In this document: positions 21,392-30,547 of the stretch, one piece after another
How positions within the stretch are numbered: the first letter of the stretch is position 1
How the letters are laid out: each line of letters starts with the position of its first letter
Source of the DNA: Cyanobacteria bacterium P01_D01_bin.156
Lineage (GTDB): Bacteria; Cyanobacteriota; Cyanobacteriia; Phormidesmidales; Phormidesmidaceae
NCBI GenBank assembly: GCA_039024555.1
Contig: JBCCQQ010000007.1
Location: 64,001 to 128,000, forward strand
Direction of reading: 5' to 3'
Length of the DNA: 64,000 nt
The notes under the pieces: model-generated
Told to the model about the DNA's origin: nothing
The model's input: only the letters and a program-made list of their open reading frames with translations
The model's database searches: none
Translations under genes and position numbers: made by a program

Positions 21392-21786
21392 AAAAATTCA
21401 GGAATCTTAAATCAGGCCAATGCCTGGATAAGCAATCAAAACATAGATTAGGCTAGCCTAGCTCATGGGATGATGCCAGTCGTACTACCTTTTTGAGATA
21501 TAACATGGCAAATGTGGGAGTATGCCCAAAATAGGCTTAAAGCAACCTTTGTAAAATCAGGAAGCGTTCGCTTTAGCTTTGCAAGTTTGCCAAACATGTC
21601 TCTGTGGCTAAAAAGATAAGCTTTCAAGCAACTCTAATGTTTATTAATGAGCAGCTACAGGATTATCGTTGATAAGCTATGGGTCCCATAATTTATAGCA
21701 GTAATTGTCCTAACTAGTTGATATCACCTAACCAAATCGGTGAAGGGGCAGCTGCTTACCATTGAGCGATATAATCCACAGGGCCA

Positions 21787-22950
21787 TTGGGGATAGCTGT
21801 GCTGCAAGACATCTACAAATTTAGCTGGTTACCATTGCTATTTCAGCGCTTGAATGCTGATCCTGAAAAAGTGCATGGACAAACCATCGAGGCATTGGCC
21901 TGGATAGGGCAGTCTCCCCTGGCAGCCCCCTGGTGGAGTCAGCCTGCTCGACGTTTTGCTCAAGCTTGGTGTCAGAATAGCTTTCAGATAGCCTCTCCTC
22001 GTCTGAGTCAAACCCTTTGGCAAAAGACTTTTGCTAACCCTCTAGGTTTGGCAGCGGGTTTTGATAAAGATGGTGTGGCTGCAGCCAGCTGGTCGCTGAT
22101 GGGGTTTGGATTTGCTGAACTAGGTACAGTGACCTGTCAGGCCCAGCCCGGGAATCCTCAACCGCGTCTGTTTCGACTGCCCCAAGACCAAGCAGCACTC
22201 AATCGCATGGGGTTTAATAATCGCGGGTCTGCTGCTCTGGCTGAACGGCTAAAGCCGCTACCGTTGTCGGCGGATTTTCCTAGGGGAATCAATTTAGGAA
22301 AGTCTAAGGTGACGCCTCTGGACCAGGCTGCGGGAGATTATCTGAAAAGTTTTCAGAGGTTACAGGGTCTGGGCGATTATTTTGTGGTTAATGTGTCTTC
22401 CCCGAATACGCCGGGATTGCGATCGCTCCAGACCCGCTCCCAACTAGAACCTATCCTAGCGACTCTACAGACCGCTAATACCCAGCGAAAACCACTGCTG
22501 ATAAAAATTGCACCCGATCTGGCTTGGGAAGACATCGACGACATTCTAGAGCTCGCTCAACAGCATCACCTAGCAGGCATCATTGCGACCAACACCACCA
22601 TTGCTAAGGAGCAATTAGCCACCAAGCGATTGGATAAGACTGGCAATCTGGTGGCTGATGAAGCTGGAGGCATTAGCGGTGCTCCTGTGCGACAGCGTTC
22701 CACAGAGGTTATTCGCCATATCCACAAAAAGACTCAAGGGCAGCTACCTATCGTAGGTGTAGGCGGCATTTTCACCGCCGATGATGCCTGGGGAAAAATT
22801 ACTGCTGGAGCTTCCCTGCTACAGGTTTACACCGGCTGGGTGTATGAAGGCCCATGGATGGTGAAGACTATCTTGAAAGGCTTGTTACAAAAGCTAGATG
22901 AACACGGCCTAGATAACATTCAGGATGCCATCGGCTTGGATAACCTCTAG
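21787..22950 (+). CDS. pyrD: Quinone-dependent dihydroorotate dehydrogenase
   Basis: NPLGLAAGFDK, NRMGFNN, NVSSPNTPGLR, KIAPDL; start may be GTG at 21799. Confidence 0.96.
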   Translation: MGIAVLQDIYKFSWLPLLFQRLNADPEKVHGQTIEALAWIGQSPLAAPWWSQPARRFAQAWCQNSFQIASPRLSQTLWQKTFANPLGLAAGFDKDGVAAASWSLMGFGFAELGTVTCQAQPGNPQPRLFRLPQDQAALNRMGFNNRGSAALAERLKPLPLSADFPRGINLGKSKVTPLDQAAGDYLKSFQRLQGLGDYFVVNVSSPNTPGLRSLQTRSQLEPILATLQTANTQRKPLLIKIAPDLAWEDIDDILELAQQHHLAGIIATNTTIAKEQLATKRLDKTGNLVADEAGGISGAPVRQRSTEVIRHIHKKTQGQLPIVGVGGIFTADDAWGKITAGASLLQVYTGWVYEGPWMVKTILKGLLQKLDEHGLDNIQDAIGLDNL

Positions 22951-23103
22951 CACTGGGTTTAGGTATGAAACCCAACAATTAAAAGTATCTCGATGCTATC
23001 AAGATAAAAAATAACCATCCCAACAGCTGAAAGTTTCAGGATGTTGGGTTAAGGATAATTTTGCCAAATGCCGTAAGCCCTGTATAAGTTCAACGCAACC
23101 TAC
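22947..23103. repeat. Degenerate GTAG-type REP/MITE-like palindromic element between pyrD and dapB
   Basis: ctag-cactgggttt...gaaacccaac at left; tgttgggtt...ttcaacgcaacctac at right; internal hairpin cccaaca..ctgaaa/tttcag..tgttggg. Confidence 0.5.
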
Positions 23104-23924
23104 AGAAGTTTGTCCAATCCATATAGCAAGGATTTTAGGGGCAAAATTTTACGGATACACAGCAGTACACCAGGCATAAAACACACGCGGTCCATGGCAT
23201 CGTGGCGCAGGGTATAGACCTGACCTGGGGCACCAAACATAATTTCCTGATGAGCCACCAACCCCGGTAGACGCACACTGTGGATATTAATCTCTGCTTC
23301 GGTGGTACCGCCCCGTGCCCCCTTTAAACTTTCTGTTTCCTCCACCTGGGATGGATTAAAGGATTGTTTCACTTCCTGCAGCATCTGAGCTGTCTTGACC
23401 GCCGTGCCGCTGGGGGCATCTGCCTTACGATTATGATGCAGCTCAATAATTTCCACATGATCAAAATACTCAGCCGCTTTCAGTGCCGCCTGCTGCATCA
23501 AGATTACTCCAATGGCAAAGTTAGGAATTATTAGGCAGCCCACGCTAGCCTTTTCTGCAAATTCCGCCAGTTCAATAATTTGTTCCGGTGTTAACCCGGT
23601 CGTACCTACTACTGGACGTACCCCATAGGCAATGGCTGCCCGCACCTGCTCATAGATTTTGGCAGGGTGGGTGACATCCACCATGACCGCATTACCTTCG
23701 CTTTGGGCCATTACTAGGGTTGCTTCTAAATCCATCGTCACCGGCACCTCTAGAGGTCCACAGCCAGCGATTTCGCCAATATCTTGGCCAACGGCCTCCG
23801 GTTTACGATCCACGGCACCGACCAATTTCATATCTTCGGCAGTTGCGATCGCCTTAACAATTTCACGACCCATTCTGCCCATAGCACCATTAACCACGAC
23901 AGGAATTTGGGGCTGACTGCTCAT
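23100..23924 (-). CDS. dapB: 4-hydroxy-tetrahydrodipicolinate reductase
   Basis: [31 protein letters not shown]. Confidence 0.96.
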   Translation of the reverse strand: MSSQPQIPVVVNGAMGRMGREIVKAIATAEDMKLVGAVDRKPEAVGQDIGEIAGCGPLEVPVTMDLEATLVMAQSEGNAVMVDVTHPAKIYEQVRAAIAYGVRPVVGTTGLTPEQIIELAEFAEKASVGCLIIPNFAIGVILMQQAALKAAEYFDHVEIIELHHNRKADAPSGTAVKTAQMLQEVKQSFNPSQVEETESLKGARGGTTEAEINIHSVRLPGLVAHQEIMFGAPGQVYTLRHDAMDRVCFMPGVLLCIRKILPLKSLLYGLDKLL

Positions 23925-24333
23925 AACTCTTCTGGTACGGGAGTACAGTCAGATATCTTACAACCGGACTACGTAACTTTGAGTTTTAAGTTCTGGATTT
24001 TCAGCTATCTAAGCAGATTGATTAGACCTTAGCGATCTCAAAGCCATAGTTTCAAAATCAAAACTTCAGCTGCTAGTGATTTAGGAAACAAAACAATTTG
24101 TAGCCACTTTCAAGGTGCAGAAGTTAATAGCTAAGAGCATCCCAAGGATCAGCAACACTTAACTCAATATTCAAAATTCCCTTATCGGCTTCTTATCGTT
24201 AATAATTAAACCTGCACTGCTGATTTCAGCCAAAACCAACATCAGAAATCCTGGCACGTATCCATCGATTTCAGCTTGGTTTAACCCATAAATCAGTGTG
24301 GGCAATATGTTCATCTTGCCAGGGTCGAAGCGG

Positions 24334-25251
24334 ATGCTAGCAAATCTATTAGCGATTGTGGTTGGCTTAGGGAGCCTAGGATTTTATCTAGTGGCATTTA
24401 TCCTGCCCGAAGTCCATCGTCGGTCCGACTTTTTCTGGAGCGGTGTCGGCATGTTCTATGCCGTGGTGCTCTGGTCCTGTGCCAGACAGATGCAAGGGGC
24501 CGTATTACTGGGCCAAACCGCATCAGTCGGTTTGGTCCTATGGCTAGGCTATCAAACGCTTCTATTACGACGGGAGACCACACCAACTGCTCAGCAAACT
24601 CCGATCCGGTTAGGTAAAGGTGAGCGTAGTCGCACAGCTAGCCGTCCCATTGCTAAAGACTATGAATTTGTAGAAGACGGTGTTGAGGATGCCATTGAGG
24701 AAGAAGAAGATCCAGATGCTCCTGTACTGATTAAATCGACAGCAGACGAATTTGCGCCCAAAATTGTTGTTCCTGCAGCAATTCTCCAAACTACTGCTAA
24801 GACAGGTTCTACACAAGAAAACATTCCAGATTCTCCACCTGTTCTAGAAACATCCACTCCACCAAAATCAGCTAAAAAGCACGAAAGGCCTAATCCTGTT
24901 GCTGCCGTTGGCATTCTAGTTAATTGGATTAAAGAAGTAGCCACTCCAAATAAAAAAGAGCCTCAACCCATGATTGAGCTACCACCCAGGCCACCGTCTA
25001 TCCCTAAAAAAGAACAAATTACAGAAACAATCACTCCGAAAGACAATGAGCCTTCCTCATTGGAGGATAAACCGTTATCAACAACAGAAGCAGGAAATAC
25101 ACCATCTGCATTATTGACTGATAAGGAATCATACAAGGGGTCTGAAGCCGACAATAGCCATACCGGCCCTGATGCTGTATCTCCCACAGTGACCAAACCA
25201 ACAGAGCAAGAAGAAGATAGCAACTGGCCGGATGATGAATTTTGGGAGTAA
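24334..25251 (+). CDS. Ycf66 family protein with long disordered acidic/Pro-rich tail
   Basis: LGFYLVAFILPEVHRRSDFFWSGVG.FY...LLGQ N-terminus. Confidence 0.82.
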   Translation: MLANLLAIVVGLGSLGFYLVAFILPEVHRRSDFFWSGVGMFYAVVLWSCARQMQGAVLLGQTASVGLVLWLGYQTLLLRRETTPTAQQTPIRLGKGERSRTASRPIAKDYEFVEDGVEDAIEEEEDPDAPVLIKSTADEFAPKIVVPAAILQTTAKTGSTQENIPDSPPVLETSTPPKSAKKHERPNPVAAVGILVNWIKEVATPNKKEPQPMIELPPRPPSIPKKEQITETITPKDNEPSSLEDKPLSTTEAGNTPSALLTDKESYKGSEADNSHTGPDAVSPTVTKPTEQEEDSNWPDDEFWE

Positions 25252-25257
25252 CTTTTT

Positions 25258-25422
25258 ATGGTGTCTTATACCAGTGGTTGTCAATGTGGCAAAACTCGCT
25301 ACGAGATTCAGGCAGAGGCGCTAACACTTGATACTTGCACTGTATCGAAAGCCAAAAACAATCCTCTAGAGCTCTCTAAAGAGTTTGAAGAGATTTATAA
25401 GAGATATCAACGAAGCAGATAA
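25258..25422 (+). pseudogene. GFA-family (CxC...CxCxxC zinc protein) remnant, frameshifted and truncated
   Basis: MVSYTSGCQCGKTRYEIQAEALTLDTC, then after a 1-nt shift HCIESQKQSSRA, matching the GFA pattern GGCxCG.RY....CHC.CQK.S. Confidence 0.7.
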
Positions 25423-25423
25423 G

Positions 25424-25478
25424 GAATCGACAATTTAATAACGCCCATAATATCGATACATTATTAAATTGTCGATTC
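25424..25478. repeat. 18-bp perfect inverted repeat, 19-nt spacer
   Basis: gaatcgacaatttaataa / ttattaaattgtcgattc. Confidence 0.85.
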
Positions 25479-25900
25479 TAAGCCTCTTGTGAGCGCGAAG
25501 TATATTTTCCAAGCTAATGAAGTGCCCGATTAACTAAATGCCCATGCAATCAACATTTCAAACCTTATCATTTTTGAGAATCCCTCAATCTTGAAAACTG
25601 TGGGTTTGAATCCATTCTCTTTTAGGGATAAATAAAATAGAATCATTGTTATCTAATAGCCAATGAGCCTTATCTTGTAGCAAATCTGCATTCACACGAA
25701 GAATGACGTTACAGAATCTATTTCATAGAAACATCTTGTTTTTATAAAGTTTTACAGGTGTTCAAAAAGATATGGGTGATAGCCCTAAGGGTTAAAATAC
25801 CGCGTCAAATGACCTTGTTCTCAGTATTTTCTCTAATTATAGTCAGATTTATTTATGGGCACAATTAGCCAATAAGACTGAGGAAGAAAAATCAAGAATT

Positions 25901-27073
25901 ATGGGAGCTGCGGTCGCCATATCAAACACCCTTGTTTCCGAGCTAGATAAGAAAATGCAGCTAGCGAAAGAGGAACAACTAACGGGCGTACTGTCGTTTA
26001 AACGTGAAGATACTCCCCAGTGGCGTCTATATTTCTTAGCAGGTCAGCTTGCATGGGCAAGTACACGCACTCATGCAAGGCGTCGTTGGTATCGCCAGCT
26101 GCTCAAGTATCGGCCGGATTTAATTAGATATGGACTCAGTGCCTACCCTGACTGGACCTATAACCGATTGGCTCGATTAGTTGTTTGCAAGAAATTTAAT
26201 CGAGAAATTTTTTCGGATATTGTGTCTGGCTACATTGCAGAAGTACTGTTTGATCTACAACGACAGGGCAGTTTAACTCTACAACAGACTGGAAAGAGGC
26301 TCAATTATCGTATTAAGGCCCATAAAGCCTGTGATTTTCCCTACATTAACCTTCAAAATATACGCATCTGGTCCGAAGCAAAAGATAGTTGGCAAGCATG
26401 GGAACAAGCTAACCTCACCCAGATAAACCCTAACGATGCTCTGATAATACAAGATATTGCATCTCTCGAAGACTCGGCATCACCACGACTCTTTGATGTG
26501 TTGAGTACGATAGCTGATGGCAACCAAACACTGCAAGATATTGCATTGCGAATAAATCAGCCACTGATTACTTTTGTTTCGTCAATTTTACCTCTTGTGT
26601 GCAATAAAGCCTTAACGCTCAAGCCTGTGGGAGATGAGATCGCTAGGCCCCTTAACGCCACCAAAGATGACATCGCTATTAAGCTATCGCAGGCGATTAT
26701 CCCTAGAGATGGCAGGATGATCTATGTGGATAACAGTCTGGCCAACAGTCAGAGAATGGGAACCATTGTGCAATCTGCAGGCTATCGTTATACCAATGTT
26801 GCTGACCCGCTAGCAGTTTTGAAACAGATACAAAAACTAAAGCCTAAGCTGATTTTTTTGCAAGCAAATATGCCCGTGGTAACTGGATATGAGCTATGTA
26901 CTCAAATTCGTCGGATGCCGGATTTTAAGGAGACTCCAATTGTCATGGTGGGTAATAGCAATGGAGTCACTGAACGGATGCGGGCTAAGTTAGCAGGAGC
27001 CTCAGATTTTTTGAATAAACCGTTCAAACCGAAAACGGTTCTCCAAACGCTAATTTCTCTCGGAATGATTTGA
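25901..27073 (+). CDS. PatA-family response regulator (PATAN plus receiver-like domain)
   Basis: WRLYFLAGQLAWA...RRWYRQL N-terminus; GYELCTQIRR...TPIVM...RAKLAGASDFLNKP. Confidence 0.88.
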   Translation: MGAAVAISNTLVSELDKKMQLAKEEQLTGVLSFKREDTPQWRLYFLAGQLAWASTRTHARRRWYRQLLKYRPDLIRYGLSAYPDWTYNRLARLVVCKKFNREIFSDIVSGYIAEVLFDLQRQGSLTLQQTGKRLNYRIKAHKACDFPYINLQNIRIWSEAKDSWQAWEQANLTQINPNDALIIQDIASLEDSASPRLFDVLSTIADGNQTLQDIALRINQPLITFVSSILPLVCNKALTLKPVGDEIARPLNATKDDIAIKLSQAIIPRDGRMIYVDNSLANSQRMGTIVQSAGYRYTNVADPLAVLKQIQKLKPKLIFLQANMPVVTGYELCTQIRRMPDFKETPIVMVGNSNGVTERMRAKLAGASDFLNKPFKPKTVLQTLISLGMI

Positions 27074-27327
27074 TGCTTATTATCCAAACACTTGCGCATC
27101 ATTTAGCTACAACTTGAGCCAAATAGAGCTCCTTGTATAAGAACGAGCCATCATTTTTCTTCCAAATTATAAAAACATTTATTTTACTAAACGGTTTAGT
27201 AAAATAAATGCTATGCTGGACAAACTGCTTGATTAACGCAATTAATCTCTCTTTAAATCTGTTGGAGTCTCAGGGGGTAGTGCCTATGCAATGGTGTCCC
27301 TTGCTCCTTACAAACTATGGAGTCATT

Positions 27328-28926
27328 ATGCTAAATCGTTTTCAAATAAGTCGTGGAATCAGGTTCTTTGGTCTTGCGCTAGCAGTAGGGCTAATGCAGT
27401 TTCTGTTATTGGCTACACCTGGCTATGGTAGTGGGCGGGTCTACGCAAGCTTCGGACCACTTGAGAGGTCCGTCTCAGTGGCTGACTTATTTAACTATGC
27501 TCGCACGGGAGAGCTCCCTAAAGAGTTACAAATTCTGCGTCGATTCCTATCTTCTGATCAATTAGAGCGTCTGCGAGCAGGGCTTTCTGTTAGTGCTGAC
27601 ATAGATGTAGTGACTGTTTCTCAATTTCTTTATACAACTCAAGGGGAAGAGATTTTACAGTGGTTGGGCAATCTTATTCAAACGGAAGGACGACAGAACG
27701 GAGCACTGGCCTTTCGAGGCGCTACGATTTTAGCAGCGGCGGATCCTGATGGTGGCCTAAATGTACTGAATATTCTCAAGCATTTTCCAACCCAGGGAGT
27801 ACGGGTCGATTTAGGAAACTTTTTAAGCGTGGCTAGGGTAGTTATCAATGAAGTTAATGACACACAGGCAGTAACAGCCCAGATTTTTGAACAGGTTGAA
27901 GCGACTGACAATGACGCGAACTTAGTAGTACCTGATTTAGCTGCTCAAGGGCCCAATAGCTTTGATTTAGTCACCCTCCAACAAACGACATTGCCTACCG
28001 ATCTTTATCTACCTGTAGGAGAGAAGCTTCCCCTTGTAGTACTTTCCCACGGGCTTGGTGGAAACCGTTCAACTCTAGCATATCTGGCCGAGCATCTAGC
28101 TTCCTATGGTTTTGCTGTTGCTGTTGTTGAGCATCCCGGTAGCAGTGAAGAACAAATTAGCGAGTTACTGAGCGGTCAGGTGGGTGAAGCGGTTGAACCG
28201 GAGGAGATGGTCCGGCGACCTGTAGATGTTCAGCTATTGTTGGATGAATTAGAGGCCCTGGATCAAAATGAATCGGTTTTACGTAACCGTTTGGATTTTC
28301 AACACGTGGGTATAGTAGGGCACTCTATGGGAGCATACACAACGCTGGCTCTAGCTGGAGCAACTGTTAATCTAGATAGCCTAGAGGAGAGTTGCCCACC
28401 TCAGATTAATCAGCTAAATCTGTCATTGTTACTACAGTGTTTGGTACTGTCGCTACCCCAACCTTTACCTGTATTACAGGATGAACGAGTACAGGCTGCG
28501 ATCGCAATCAATGCCCTCGGTAGTGATGTATTCAGCCCTACTGGTATGGGCAATATCAAGGTTCCTACCATGATTGTCTCAGGCAGTGCCGATACGGTTA
28601 CTCCAGCCCTAGCTGAACAAATACGCCCATTTACCTGGCTTAGTAATTCAGAAGGCTACCTGTTATTAATGCGAGGGGGAACTCACTTCTCTGCAATCTA
28701 TGATGCGCAACCAGATGGAGAATCCATGGCATTACCAGATGAAGCTATTGGCCCCAACCCTCAGCTCGCACAGGACTATATTAAAGCGATGGGCGTAGCA
28801 TTTCTCAAAACCTATTTAACAGAGGATGAAGCCTATCGTCAGTATTTGGACCCAGTCTACACAACAGGACTGAGCCAGGCTGAATTACCCATGGTGTTAA
28901 CAAACAATGTCACCATTGAAAATTAG
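27328..28926 (+). CDS. Alpha/beta hydrolase (DUF1400 plus hydrolase domain)
   Basis: SHGLGG, VEHPGS, GHSMG nucleophile, GGTHFS; ATG at 27328 with GGAG upstream. Confidence 0.87.
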   Translation: MLNRFQISRGIRFFGLALAVGLMQFLLLATPGYGSGRVYASFGPLERSVSVADLFNYARTGELPKELQILRRFLSSDQLERLRAGLSVSADIDVVTVSQFLYTTQGEEILQWLGNLIQTEGRQNGALAFRGATILAAADPDGGLNVLNILKHFPTQGVRVDLGNFLSVARVVINEVNDTQAVTAQIFEQVEATDNDANLVVPDLAAQGPNSFDLVTLQQTTLPTDLYLPVGEKLPLVVLSHGLGGNRSTLAYLAEHLASYGFAVAVVEHPGSSEEQISELLSGQVGEAVEPEEMVRRPVDVQLLLDELEALDQNESVLRNRLDFQHVGIVGHSMGAYTTLALAGATVNLDSLEESCPPQINQLNLSLLLQCLVLSLPQPLPVLQDERVQAAIAINALGSDVFSPTGMGNIKVPTMIVSGSADTVTPALAEQIRPFTWLSNSEGYLLLMRGGTHFSAIYDAQPDGESMALPDEAIGPNPQLAQDYIKAMGVAFLKTYLTEDEAYRQYLDPVYTTGLSQAELPMVLTNNVTIEN

Positions 28927-29060
28927 ATGTAGCACCATACTTATTATAGAAACATCCAAACAGAGAATTTCAATGCGCTGCTAGATGTTTACCCCAAAAA
29001 CTTTAGTCTGTCCGTGGATTTCCTTATATCTCTTCTGACACAAGAATCCTATCTAACTCA

Positions 29061-29089
29061 AAAGCCTCCGCTGTAATAACGGAGGCTTT
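29061..29089. terminator. Terminator hairpin between convergent genes
   Basis: aaagcctccg / cggaggcttt. Confidence 0.7.
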
Positions 29090-29142
29090 CTGAGAAACAA
29101 CTTTGTAATATCTTATACAAAGTTTCCCAATGTTACGAAATT

Positions 29143-29640
29143 CTATGCAGGTGAAAGAAATAGAGTAAGCGAACGTCTATCAAAGGATTGCACCTTGCCC
29201 GCACTTTCTAGATCAGTAATCACTCTATTCAATAGGTCAGTGGCGCGATCTCGATGTTGATGCTCCCGACCCCGCAAACGTACAAGAAACTTAACAGAAT
29301 CACCTTTGTTAAGCCACTCAGTTGCACGCTTTACCCGCAGTAAGTAATCCGATTCGCCGATATTGGGGCGAAACTTTACTTCTTTGACGGATGGACGGGA
29401 CGTTTGCTTCTGACGCTTACTTTGCTGGTACTGTAGCTTACCGTGGTCCATCGACTTAGCGACCGGAGCCACACCCTCGCGTGGTTGTGAAACCACCACC
29501 AGGTCTAGGTTTTGCTCTTTGGCCATTTTGATGGCATCGGCTGTATCGATGACGCCATGATTGTGACCGGTATGATCAATAAATAAAACTTGAGGATCCT
29601 TGATATGGCGATTGACTAGAGGCTTTTTCTTCTTAGTGAT
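29143..29640 (-). CDS. infC: Translation initiation factor IF-3, divergent copy; probable ATC start (TTG at 29655 is the alternative)
   Basis: LDLVVVS....PVAK.MD.GK, VKEVKFRPNIGESDY, GDSVKF.VRLRGRE. Confidence 0.88.
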   Translation of the reverse strand: MTKKKKPLVNRHIKDPQVLFIDHTGHNHGVIDTADAIKMAKEQNLDLVVVSQPREGVAPVAKSMDHGKLQYQQSKRQKQTSRPSVKEVKFRPNIGESDYLLRVKRATEWLNKGDSVKFLVRLRGREHQHRDRATDLLNRVITDLESAGKVQSFDRRSLTLFLSPA

Positions 29641-29715
29641 AGGACTAGACTCCAATACTTACAACTTATATTTTCTAAGATAGACTAACTTCTAAAAACT
29701 GGAAGGTCCATCTTT

Positions 29716-29731
29716 AGACGGATATCCGTCT
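29716..29731. promoter_or_regulatory. Perfect 16-bp palindrome in divergent promoter region, candidate operator
   Basis: agacggatatccgtct. Confidence 0.4.
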
Positions 29732-29814
29732 TGAATCTTTACTTAGGTATCACAATTGTGTGTTGAATCCAGCCCATACCTGCTATAACAGCCATTGTTG
29801 ATTCAATATTTTCC

Positions 29815-30462
29815 ATGGCTGTTCCCAATTTTTCTAGTGAATCCGTCCTTGAAGTACTTAACTGGCGCTATGCCACCAAGATGTTTGATGCTAGTAAAAA
29901 AATTCCTGCTGATATCTGGTCTGCCCTAGAGCAAAGTTTGGTCCTAGCCCCCTCTTCATTTGGTTTAGAACCTTGGAAATTTTTTGTTGTTGATGATCCG
30001 ACGGTTCGTCAAGCACTTCTAGAGCCTACCTGGAAACAGTCACAGGTGGTAGATGCGTCCCATTTGGTGGTCTTGGCTATAAAAAAAGACTTAGATGAAA
30101 CTGATGTGGACCGTTCCATGGCACGTACATCAGAGGTGCGTGATGTGCCACTAGAGTCCCTGCAAGGCTTTAGCAATGTGATTAAGGGCTTTATGAAAAA
30201 TGTGCCAGATACAGATAGCTGGGCTACTAAGCAAACTTATATTGCTTTAGGGCAGCTGATGGTCAGTGCAGCATTGATGGGCATTGATACCTGCGCCATT
30301 GAAGGGTTTATGCCTGATAAATATGACGAAATTTTAGGGTTGCCTGCCATGGGCTATCACGCTGTAGTGGTTTGTGCGTTGGGGTATCGGGCAGAAGGTG
30401 ATAAGTATGCAACCTTACCTAAGGTACGTTTTCCCATTGAGGATAAGGTGCAACATATCTAG
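29815..30462 (+). CDS. NAD(P)H nitroreductase (NfsB-like)
   Basis: WRYATK.FD, LAPSSFGLEPWKF, GIDTCAIEG, KVRF. Confidence 0.92.
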   Translation: MAVPNFSSESVLEVLNWRYATKMFDASKKIPADIWSALEQSLVLAPSSFGLEPWKFFVVDDPTVRQALLEPTWKQSQVVDASHLVVLAIKKDLDETDVDRSMARTSEVRDVPLESLQGFSNVIKGFMKNVPDTDSWATKQTYIALGQLMVSAALMGIDTCAIEGFMPDKYDEILGLPAMGYHAVVVCALGYRAEGDKYATLPKVRFPIEDKVQHI

Positions 30463-30547
30463 GGAGTTAGATACCCTATTCCAAATCTTCCAGCTCTCAG
30501 TGCCGATGATATTACATCTCAAGCAGTCAGTATTGAGGGCTGGTGAC

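Noticed and set aside
25586..25620. tRNA-Ser(TGA)-like fragments (caatcttgaaaactg and tgggtttgaatccattctct) near the GFA remnant
   Set aside because: No D-arm, variable arm or acceptor pairing, and the T-loop reads TTTGAAT; cannot be distinguished from chance
29104..29119. Perfect NtcA-like TGTA-N8-TACA
   Set aside because: Lies between convergent 3' ends inside a larger hairpin (aactttgta/tacaaagtt); no TAN3T -10 box at the expected distance on either strand
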